Origin: Guillardia theta CCMP2712
Taxonomy: Eukaryota; Protista; Cryptophyta
DNA: 64,000 nucleotides
Direction of reading: 5' to 3'
Assembly: GCF_000315625.1 (NCBI RefSeq)
Contig: NW_005434632.1
Span: 420,899-484,898, forward strand
In this document: in pieces, positions 23,974 through 34,600 of the stretch
How positions within the stretch are numbered: the first letter of the stretch is position 1
Layout of the letters: each line of letters begins with the position of its first letter
Position numbers and translations under genes: made by a program
The notes under the pieces: model-generated
What the model saw: only the letters and a program-made list of their open reading frames with translations
Databases searched by the model: none
Told to the model about the DNA's origin: nothing

Positions 23974-25574
23974 GCTCCGGATAATCTAGGCTTCCTCGCA
24001 ATGCAAGTCAGGGTAACCTTGTAGCAGGTCTAACGTAAACTGTAGCGCACTCTTCCATTTATCAATCGTCTGGCGATTGGGGTGTTTGATGGTTGTAATG
24101 GAAGGATTACGAGCCAGGAGTGCCGGAAGCTTATGTGGTCCCTGTTGAGCAAAGAGAGGGAGGGCTCTGTGCCAATTCGACGTACCACAAGGCATGTCTT
24201 GCGGACGCAGATTATGAAAGTAAGCCGCTGCGCTAGATTGCGTGCCAGGGTCCTCTGGGAAAAGATTTGCCGGTTGAGGAGGGGGCGGTGGGGGTGTAGG
24301 ATTGACCGTAGGCTGATCGGTGGGTGTCCGCTGGGAGATGGATCGGCGAAATCTTGCCTGCTTCCGAGGTCTTTGGTTCCCCGAACCTCCTCCAGATCCA
24401 GCGGCGGAGGAGGCAAAGTCATCCTGCGGAGGAGACGCTGCAGAAAGAGATTGCCCTGCCAGCATGTCAGGAGTCCGTAGGGGTTCCTGCTGTGAGCGTG
24501 GCTCAGAGTCAGAGGAGCTCTCTGGGGACACAAGGCCTGTGTAGGAAAGTGGGACGACGAGCCCGGCATGCCAGTCAGTAGAGGATCAACAACAGAACTG
24601 TGAGGACGGAGGACGGCAGGCCGCTTGTGCCGCGCCATGATGTCTCACAGTGATGATGGAAGTGAGAGCGGATCTTCACGCTTCCCTTGTCGCTGTTCCC
24701 TCGCTCTCGCCGTCACCACCGAAATGAAAGTGGCGAGTAGGCGCATTTCCACTCACTTACGCCTGTCCGATTGCCAGGTAGTAGGCTAGAATAACGAACT
24801 TCCGAAGTTCCGGAATCCGATCACGGTGCCCTGGCAACTTGTTTACTACTGGCAGGCCTGATTGAGGAGGGGCGGCTCATGTCGACCGGCCGATCCGGTA
24901 GTAGCATAACTAGGGATCCACACGACAGTGACCGTCACATATAAGTGATATGAAACTCCAACGACCCCTTGCGGCCACCACAGCCGGAGGCTCCGAGTCG
25001 GGGTACGGTCGCTGTCACCAGTCACTTTACGTGTTTCGAATCATTCGGTACCGTAGTAGTACGGTGGGTCCGTGGGTTTACATCATCATCTTAAAACATT
25101 GTCTCATGACACGCCAACATGGGATCCGATCATCATGCGTCAGGGTCTGTGTATTCAATCCTGATTCGTTGGTTGAAGCGGTGGAAGGTGAGGGGTACTC
25201 CAAAGCTCGATGTCCCAATCTTGGTTGGCGACAAGTTCCTACCAAGAAGTACTACTAGCTAGTAGTTTACTACTGTACCGGCGGTGCCTGTGCTTCCGAG
25301 GCTCGGACCGAGACCTTGTCGGAAGTTCCGCGCGTTCGGCAGATCCCGAAAAAAAACATTGAGGCTTTTTAAAAGCAGGTCATTGCGGAAGGATGGAAGT
25401 GATGAGCACGGGGAGTGGTTAGAGGCTCAAGAAGCAGAGCCTGGCAGACAGCTGAAGAGAGTATGATGATGACAGTGTGATGAGATAGATAGCCCCGTAG
25501 CTTGCACTTGTCAAACCTCATAATCCAAGAAAATGTTGGCTCACTGACTCACCTACAGGCATATCAGCGCGAGC

Positions 25575-27178
25575 ATGACCAAGATCAAGTTTGCTTGCAT
25601 ACCATGCATGGATGCGAAAGTAAAGTGTGACAACTTCCAGCCATGCTCGAGGTGAGGACCAGTAAGAGAGGAGGTGCCATTTGTTTTATCGTGTCGTGTT
25701 TGGAGTGAAGCGACTCTTTTCTCAACTTGTCATGTGATGGCGGATGCAGATGCGTCAAGCACAACGTGCAAGGGCTTTGTGTCAGACTAAGAGGAGCCAA
25801 GCCCTCATCCTCGAGGAGCTTGGTCGCTTGCGATGCGTGCAGAAGATCCAAGGTCAGGTGCGACGAGGGTCGACCCTGCTCACGCTGCAGGGCTCGATCG
25901 AGAGAGGAGGAGTGCATGTACGAGGATATGGAGCTGATCGTCATAGACGACGGGAGGAAGGATGAGGAGCATTTAGACCTTGTGCTAGTGCATGAGAGGA
26001 GGCGGATGGGAGAGCTATGGGTGGAGAGACCGCTGGACTTCTGGATCCGAAGCATGTCGTTCGACAAGCCGTCAGCTCTACGGGAGCAGATGAACTCAAT
26101 GGGGTGGCCGGATCGCGTGCTGGCGAGGCACTGGGAGTTCGGCTTCAGCTCGCAGGAGCTGATGAACACCTTCCTCTGTCTTCCTCCCTACCTGCAGCAG
26201 GTGACGCGACGAGCGCTGCATGCGGTAGAGATCATCGTGGCAGACAAGATGGAGAGAAGTCGGGGATGGCAAGACCAACTGCTGATGGAAGGAGGCGAGA
26301 CGGAGACGAAGCCAGACCTGGAGGTAGACCGAGCCTTCTACGACCAGCAGAGCTTCGGGGTGGTGAAGCAGCATCTGCATCCGTCGACGGGGCAGCGAGC
26401 GCACGTGTTTGTTTCCGATGCCACGTCGAGGCTTGTAGGACTGCATGCGGAGGAGCTGCTGGCGAGGATAGCAAACAGAGAGCTGTCCTTGCTCTCAACT
26501 GAGTTCACCTACTTCTGTTACGTGATGTTCGGTACCTGGTCCTTTGCAGTCAGACCGGGGCAGCCGATGGCCTTGTTGATGAGGCTTCGAAACTTCAGAG
26601 ACGAGACGGGAACAGAGTGTGTGGTCGCGAGGTTGATACAGCAGCAGGAGTTCGATAGCTACGGGCGACCAAGAGCGATAAGGACTTTCCTAGTCCCGGT
26701 GAGTCGAGGGGAGGGGAGAGAGAGTAGAGAGCTGAAGCCAGGGGTGGTGCTTGTTTGGATACAGGGGTCAAGTGAGGGTACCGATCTAACATCCCCTGCT
26801 TCCTGCGGGGCACTGCAGGTTGACAGGGAGGAGTACAAATCAGCTCAGGTGCCGTCAGACAGGTCGACTTCGAGTATCCAGAGGTTCTTGAACGCCGGAC
26901 GAGACTACGAGACATGGACCAACGACTTCGTGTCCGACCTGTACGCGGTGAGAACTTCTTTGGGGAAAGGGAGGGAAGGGAGGGAGAGTAGCAGCATGCT
27001 GACTGTGCACGTACGGTGATGACTGCAGGAAGAGACAATCCTTGGAATGCAGAAGTCGAAGGAAGGGATGGAGCGTCTGTACGCGCTAGGCAGAGAACTT
27101 GAGAGGATGTACCAGCCGTTCCTGGAGCTGGCGGAGAAGATACTGCAGGAAAGAGTCGGCGAATCATCATGTAGCTAG
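25575..27178 (+). CDS. Zn(II)2Cys6 transcription factor with two tandem clusters
   Basis: Exon 1 (25575-25651), intron 25652-25749 and exon 2 give CIPCMDAKVKCDNFQPCSRCVKHNVQGLC, followed by CDACRRSKVRCDEGRPCSRCRARSREEEC. The last exon ends GESSCS-TAG at 27178. Confidence 0.85.
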
Positions 27179-27345
27179 ACAATGAGATCTGAGAACACTA
27201 CCGTACCGTTCGGTAAAAAGACCTGGGATGACTCGTGACCAGCGGCCCGGGGGGCAGCCCGGCTGAGGGCCGCTGACGCCGGTCACTGGGGTGTATCATC
27301 CACAGCTGCGGCTCGATCCACCACGGTAGACCGTCCCTCGGACAC

Positions 27346-28110
27346 TCAGATGATTTGGGGCCTCTTCCAGTCCCCGACATGATCAGAGCAAGGCCTACTA
27401 GCAACGCCTACGCGCGCTCGGAGGACAACAGCCTCGACAACAACAACAAGATCTCGCTCACCGACCCCGTGCCGAGGGACGACGGCTCGTATCCGCCGTT
27501 GACCGACATCTCCGACATCTTCCAGCAGGTGGAGAACTACATCCTGAGCGGCGACGTCAGGCCTGGCGTGAAGCGGACGGAGAAGGCGCTCCTCTCCTTC
27601 TCGATGACTCGCTGGTGACCGACTTCCTGGGGCTCGGGTCAGCCTACTTCGACCCCTCCCTCGGGGTTCTGCAGCACACCCTCCCCAACCTCGCAAGTTT
27701 ACTTCCTAGTAAACTTAGAGACTTCTATCTTCTGCTTCTCTATCTTCTTCATCCTTACTTTACTCGTGTCGTTGACAATCTCTGTGTTGTGTATACAACA
27801 CTCCTCCTTCTTCAACGCCGAGCTCGACCGCATCCTCGGGCCCGTGCTGCACCCGGACGAGGAGCTGGCGGACTGGGGCTACCTGGGCCTGCAGTACGAG
27901 TACAGTGACGGTGCCTTCGAGTCAGGCTACGCCTCCCTGGCCGAACTGGCCTCGGCAGCATTCGCCAGACCCGCTGTCTCAACGTGAACTTCAACACGAC
28001 CGAGCCCGGCGTCTCACAGAACCTGGTCTCGCCGCAGGTTGAGCTCTGCGCGCAGGACGGGAGCTGCGAAGTAACTGCTATCATTTTGCTCCCAAGCGTC
28101 TCATCAGCTG
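27346..28110 (+). pseudogene. Frameshifted gene fragment of unknown family
   Basis: Strong C/G third-position bias in segments that join only through 1-nt shifts, near 27600 (SF/DDSLVTDF) and near 27980 (AV/NVNFNTTEP). No clear start and no intact acceptor after the 27690-27800 intron-like stretch. Confidence 0.45.
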
Positions 28111-28158
28111 AGAAACATCTCGATAAACTCGGAACTTCGCTGCATCAGGAATTGGGAT

Positions 28159-28216
28159 TAGTCAAATTAAAATTACGATCAGTCAAATTAAAATTACGAT
28201 CAGTCAAATTAAAATT
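28159..28216. repeat. 21-bp tandem repeat (AGTCAAATTAAAATTACGATC), about 2.8 copies
   Basis: Read directly. Confidence 0.85.
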
Positions 28217-29399
28217 GGGTGCCGACGGCAGAAAACTTTAGTCGTACAATTTCAGCGAGAACAACAAGAGAATTCGAATGTGCAGGATGCACAATTATAT
28301 ATCACCAGCAACACGGACTTGGCTCGTTCTTTCTAGCAGCTTGAATTGAATCCTGATCATCGATATCTTACGTGCTTTATTACAAAGTTGCGAAAAATCG
28401 AGTTTACGAAACTTCCATTTGGTTTAATTCATTCTGATAATCAGTTTCAAAAATTCTCAGAGAATGTATTGACTGGAATTGACAAGTGTTTCTTAGTGTT
28501 ATGTTGACGATGTAGTGATGGTCTCATATGGTACACTGGAGCATCACAAGCAATTGATTCATTGCTCGTTGTTGCAATCAATTGCTCATGTTGCGCTTTC
28601 GAGAGGAGAAATTGTTCGTCAAAAAGAAAAAGTGTTATTAGGAGATAAAATCTCCTAATTTCTGAATTTCTTAGGTTTCAGAATCCTCTCAGCGATTTAC
28701 GCCACCTACACCGATGTCCCGCTCAGCCCGGCTGGCTCCCAGTGAACGAGTCGGGCAGTGTGCCAGGCTCAGTCCGGACGGAGTCGTGAGCCGCGCGGCC
28801 CGGCCGCCGGCCACCCCCGCGGCCGGGGCCCGGGCGGCCCGGAAACTGTCGGAACTGAAGTTGCCCGGGCCTACCCGGACTTGACAGTAGACATCTGGGG
28901 CCTCTCCCAGTGAAGGGGCAGCATGGCGGTGAGGATGAGCCGAGACGGAGCCGACCGTGCCATGGAAGATGAGAGCGATGGAGAGGGAGGGGACCTGAAG
29001 GAAGGGGAAGAAGGAGAGGAAGGGAGAGGGAGAGGGAGAGGGAGAGGAATGAACGGGGATAGGCAAAGGAAGGAAGAGGAAGGGAGAGGAATGAACAGGG
29101 ATAGGCAAACGAAGGAAGAGGATAGGAAGCAAAGAGGAGAGGAACGGAAGAGAAGAAGAGAACGCTGAAGCAGTTGACATACATGCAAAGAGATCGTCAA
29201 GAAGGAGAGAAGAGAAGAAAGAGAGATAAGAAGCGGTTTCCAAGCTAGCTGCGATCAAAGTTGATGAATGACGAGAAGAGCAACAAACTGATTGATAGGA
29301 CAAGATATGATGAACACGGCATTACTGTCGTTCTGACACTTCCTTCAGCTTTCATGCACGAGGATGGATTGAGTTCAAAGAAATGATCGCGTAAACAAG

Positions 29400-31570
29400 A
29401 TGGGACTACGTTTCAACTTCTTTGCATGCAATCTTCTGATTATACAAACTCTGATAATCATAGCTTATGGCATCATGACAAGACACGATGGGTATGGCAC
29501 ACAGCAGAAGATTGATCCGGCCAGGCAAGCGCAGCTCGATCAAGCTCAAGGTCTGTACCTCTTGTTCCCGTTGCACTTGCTAGGTCACGCGCTGCTAACA
29601 GCTCTCCGCCCACCCACGCCTGCTCCCCAAGAGTCTGAGTACGGTCAGCCCGACATGCCCTTCATGTTCGGTTCGTGTGACCAAGACTTGACGTCTCCCT
29701 CATGACTCGTGCCTCAGATTTGAACATGTATACCTTCCTCGGCATGTGCCTCACCATGACGTTCCTGAGGAAATACGCCTACACCTCTCTCACCATGTCC
29801 TTCTTGATGAGCTGCCTGGCGCAAGAGTGGTGCTCGCTCTTGCTGCAATGGATCGACGCCTCCTACTGTGAGAGCTTGAAAACCAAGTTTGCGCTGGTTG
29901 GATGTCCGTACAGTAAGAACCCAAGTCTCACTCAGGTATCGCCAAGAAGAAGCTTCGCTTCTGTCTCAAGTTTCTTGCTTCACAGTTTGAAAACTATCAA
30001 CGTACACGCGCCTGCACGTGCAGTGGACTATCAAGCATAAATGGCTTGCCGCCTTTAGCCCTCCAGATTTCAGGTGAGATGCAGTCGGGTCAAGCAGATA
30101 GTCCTGACACCTTGTCAAAAGATTTCTTGAAGGGTCAGTATGGAGTTGTTGCTGTCTTGGTCTCCTACGGTGCCCTATTGGGGAAGGTCCTTCTATCTGC
30201 AAAACCAAGATTTTGCTCTCCTCTGACGTACCGTCGACGACTGTAGGTGAATCCGCAGCAGATGATGCTGATAGTTGTCATCAACGTTGGAGCCTATTGC
30301 GGGAACAAGTTCTTAAGCGTCGATTATCGAGGAGGCGTAGACAACACTGGGAGGTAGGCGCTAGATCTCGAAGCCTTGTAGGAGCCTTCTGAACTTGGGC
30401 CTAGTCTTTACACCACCCACATCTTTGGAGCTGCTTATGGTATCGGATGTGCCATCGTCGTATCAGGCAAAGGTCTGAGCAAGAACCCGGACAACTCATC
30501 GCGATATCAGAGCAACAATTACGCCATCCTGGGTGCGACGAAGTGTCTTCAAGTGACGTCGCGATGCCCTGACGACGACGTTGCAGGGTCTCTGTTCATG
30601 TTTGTGACGTTCCCTTCCTTCAACTCCTACTGGGCCCCTGCCTCCTTGAGGGTGTTCGTGGCGACCAACACGTTCGCTGCTATGATGGCGGGAGGAATGT
30701 TCAACTTCATATGGGCAAATTTGGTCTACCCTGAGGGCCCTACAGTCATGCACCTCCAAGACGGAGTACTTGCGGGTAGGCTGAGCCCCCCCCTTCCCTG
30801 CCTCCCATAGAACCTGACTTGTGCCGACCCCTCCTCCTTCCTCTCCTCCCTAGAGCCCTTGACTCTTGACACTCCGTGCAGCTGGAGTAGCCGCGTCGAC
30901 TCCAGCGTGTATGTTCATCGATCCAGTGTTTATGATGTTGGTCGGTGCTGGTACGACGACGAAGGCATCTGCTGGAGGTTGAGACTGACAGTCATGGCAG
31001 GGGGAACGCTGTTAGCAACCCTCTCGTTCCATTACCTGCAGCCCATCATCGCGGATCAGGACACACAGGGGATCGCGAGCCTGCACCTGATCCCTGGGCT
31101 CTGGGGGGCGACGGTTATGATCTTTGTGTGCATCTTTGGGATCGACAACAACACTGTGGTGCGTCTCATGGAGCAACAAGAGTTATCACTCTCCCTGCTC
31201 AACCTGCTGCAGACGCTCCGGAACGCGGACCTGATTGACACCATCATGCCGCATTACGGAGACAAATGGGCTTCGACCGAGACGCAGACCATCATCGTTG
31301 CTTTCAGCATCTTCGTCGGAGGATTGTCAGGAGCAGCTACGGGAGTCGTTGCCAAGCTAACATGTTCGAAGTCAATCTTTCATTACAAGAGCACTGACTC
31401 TTGTTGGTTCACAGCAAAAATCTCCATTGGAGGAAGCTATTCGGATCATGGTGACATATGGTGACTGCCGAGGAAAATTCCGCTGACATGTGCTTGTCGC
31501 AGTTTTCTGGATCGTTCCAGACGACTTCACTCACATCGGTGAGGATGATGCTGGCGAGAAGGTTCTGTAG
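29400..31570 (+). CDS. Rh-type ammonium/CO2 transporter (Amt/Mep/Rh family)
   Basis: DLNMYTFLGMCLTMTFLRKYAYTS, AVLVSYGALLGKVNP, DNTGS..THIFGAAYG, SRYQSNNYAILGSLFMFVTFPSFNS, HLQDGVLA, DTQGIASLHLIPGLWG. Both pore histidines are present. Multi-exon; TAG at 31570. Confidence 0.9.
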
Positions 31571-31630
31571 AAGAAAGCAATCTTATCGAGAGCTGGCCAA
31601 CCCTCCCGTCCTTGACGTCTGGCGCTCTAT

Positions 31631-34600
31631 CTAAATCCGCAGATCACCAGGAAGGGACTCGACTCCCTTGCCCAGCCCTGGTCCAGCTGTGGTTAGCAGG
31701 CGGAACAGCTCAAGCAAGCTCTTACCAAGCCCCCGAATCCAATCTTCATCATCCTTCTCTCCAGCAGCTCTTTTCTTTTTGGAAACCTTAAAATCTTCCT
31801 CGTCCTCCTCGTCCTCTTCTTCATCATCCTGTTCCTGCTCGTCCATACCCTCTAAAATGCCCTCCTGGGCATACGTCGAGTACCCTGGAGGGGAGTCAGC
31901 ATGGCGGTTGAGGTGAGCAAGAGGATACCAAGGTCCTCGTCGACTTCGTAGGGAGAAGAAAGGGGAGGCCACATGACGGCGTTCTCGTCCGCGTCCACCT
32001 CGTACGTCTCCTCCCATCCCACGTTCACCTGCTCTCCTCTCAGCTCCGGCAGCCTCCCCTCCCCTCCTTCCACCTTGAGCTGCTCAGACCGAACGTGCTC
32101 GTCCTCCGACAGGCTGACGCCGCTCTTGCCAATTAGCCGAGTCCGCATCTCCTCCATGCCCTGAGCGAACACCTGCATCGACTCGTCCTCGAGCCGCTCG
32201 TCTGCCGTGGGCCGTCATGCGGGGAGGTCGAGGAAAGAGGAGCAGCGCAAGTCACCGAGCTCGATGGAGTAGGTCAGGTCGTCGCTGACGGGAAAGCGAT
32301 CCATGAGGGTGAGGGCCCTCCTGGCGTTGAGGCGGATCTCCGCTCCTACTCCTCGCTCTCCCGGCACGTAGGGCAGCCTTGGGATCTTCGAGGAGCAGGC
32401 GGGTCAGAGGAGGGAGGCGGATGACGCGGGACACACCTGGCGGAGGATGTCGAGGACCCGGCGGAGAACGCGGATGACGTCTCCCTCTTGCATGGACGTC
32501 ATGGCGAGCAGCGAGTTCCATGATGTTCCTGCGGGGAAGGAGCGGGTGAGAGGCGGAGGAGGAGGAAGAGGACCGGACCGAGGGCCCAGGCCTCAACGAG
32601 CCCTGCGAAGGAAGGGTCGAGAGGAACTTCAAAGGTCAGGCCGTTGGCGAGCTGGGAGGCGATGACGCGAGACTGCATGTCTGACGCCTGCTCGACGAAG
32701 TCTTGAACCTATTGGACGGTTAGCCTCTTCTCCTCCACATCCCCCCCCCCTGCCATCCCCTCCTCCATCATCCTGCTCCTCTTCCTCCTTGCCCTTTCCT
32801 CCTCCCTTCAACCTCCTCCTTGTCTACCCACTCCCGTCTCCTGCTCTATCTTCCATCCTCTTTCACCTTGGGAGAGGCATCGAAGGCGATGTAAATGTCC
32901 GGCCGGTTGAGGTCAGAAACGACGCAAGACTGCTCGGAGATTCAGTATCGTGTCCGGCAGCCCAGGGTATGAAGGCGAGGAGGTACAGCGGGAGGGAGGG
33001 GGATGCAGAAGTGAAGTTTGAGTTGCAGAAAACCAGACAATGAAAGGAGGAGTGAGGTGAATCCGAGGAGGAGTAGGAGTAAGAGGAAGAGGAGATGGAG
33101 GAGGAGGATGAGGAGGAGATGGAGGAGGAGGAGATGAACAATCCAAGGAGGAGGAGGAGGAGATGGAGAAGATCTATTTCCGCACCAATGCTGCTGCCAG
33201 CTCATGCGGGCCGAGCTCATAGAGGATATCGTTATAGAGAAGAACCGACCCGACCCACTGAAGAAAGCAGATCAGGAGGATGGAAGGAAAGAAGCAGGAA
33301 GTTGGAAGCAGAAGCAGGAAGCAGGAGCAGGAAGCAGGAAGCAAGAAGCAAGAAGCAGGAAGCAAGAGGCCTCACAAGAGAATTGTCGGCATTCAAACTG
33401 GCAACCAACTTGCCGACGTCTGTCACGTTGTTCTCGACTAGGAAGCCGAAGTCTCTTAGACTGCAACAAGAAGGTGAGGGAGGAGAGAGAGACACAAAAG
33501 ATAGGAGCTGATGGTTGAGAGAGGAGGAGAAGAGGAGCGAGGGAGGAAGAGGCAGGGGGAGTAGAGCCAGGAGATGAAGATGGCTGGTGAGGAGGAGGAG
33601 AGGAAGGGTGAGGAGAGGGGGGGGGGGGAGAGAACAAGAAGGTTATAGGAGGAGCAGGAGGAGGGAAGGCAATCAGCGAGTACGTTGCTGCACAGTTGAT
33701 AAATTCGTTCCAGGCAGGGTTCTCAACACTGGCCGAGGGGGCCTGTCAAGCCGCAAGAAAAAGTCATTTGAGTTGGTCACAGGTCATGGCGAGTCACTTC
33801 AGTCGCCTTCTGTCGGAGGCGACCAGTGGCGATCTGATCCGAGATGAACTTGTAGGCTCGGAGGAGCTGAGAAACGTCGTGAGCCACGGCCCAGCTGAAG
33901 GGCTGCAGGGGCTCTTTACCTCCTTCCTGTCCTCGCGTGCGAAGAGAGGATGGGAGGTCAAGAGAGCTTCGACGTGGTTGACCCGGTCTTGTTGCGCGAG
34001 GACCTCAGGAGGAGTCTTGGGCTCCTGCAGAGGGAGAGGAGGAGATTCAAACATGTGCCGCTCCTGTGGACCCTCGAGTTCACCTCAACGACGGGGATGC
34101 TGAGGAACGAGTGAGTGGGGAGGGAGAGGAGGAGGCGGTCAAGGAACCTTGCAGCGATGGCGGCCAGCTCCCTCGGCGCAACCATGAGGTAGTCGCCGCT
34201 TGCTCTCTTGATCGCACTCCGAGAGGAGATCTTGGCGATGAGCTCGTTCACGTCCACTCTTGCTCCCTGCTCGTCTACCATGGAGACCTGAAGGAAATTC
34301 TCCCTCAGAGGTCCCAGCAGCAGCCAACCAGGAACACGTACCGGCTCGCTCTCCAAGTCAACGTCCACAATGTCTTTGGGTGTGACGACCCTGCCGGGGG
34401 CCTTGAGAGGGGCCGAGGACGGCGGGCCGGCAGACGAGACTCACCGGTAATCGTTGGTGGAAGTCAGGCAGACGAAGTAGTTGGGAGTTGATATGTCCAG
34501 CAGCTGGTCGGACAGGAGGCCGAGCAGGACGGCAGACTCCGGGCGATTGTCGCTGACGGGGAACAGATCAGTCAGGGGGAGGGGCAATGAGTGGGAGCTG

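Larger units (their letters stand above)
20426..24640 (-). mobile_element. CRE-like non-LTR retrotransposon (reverse transcriptase + CCHC knuckle + restriction-like endonuclease), near full length, disrupted
   Basis: RT motifs SAPDQFGW, GIRPIVIGD, IDARNAFNEISR, GVSQGDPL, YADN, ILGGIPIG. These are followed by CDRC..H..C, then GDFE..ILDFSMSH..AAQRK..FLPIIASTDG (PD-(D/E)xK-type endonuclease). In-frame TAG at 23988-23986 and a frameshift near 21345. The 3' end is defined by other copies in the window; the 5' end is approximate. Confidence 0.88.

Noticed and set aside
24640-24960. 5' self-cleaving ribozyme of the retrotransposon
   Set aside because: Plausible for this element class, but I could not identify an HDV-like or hammerhead core by eye. 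It needs a covariance-model search.
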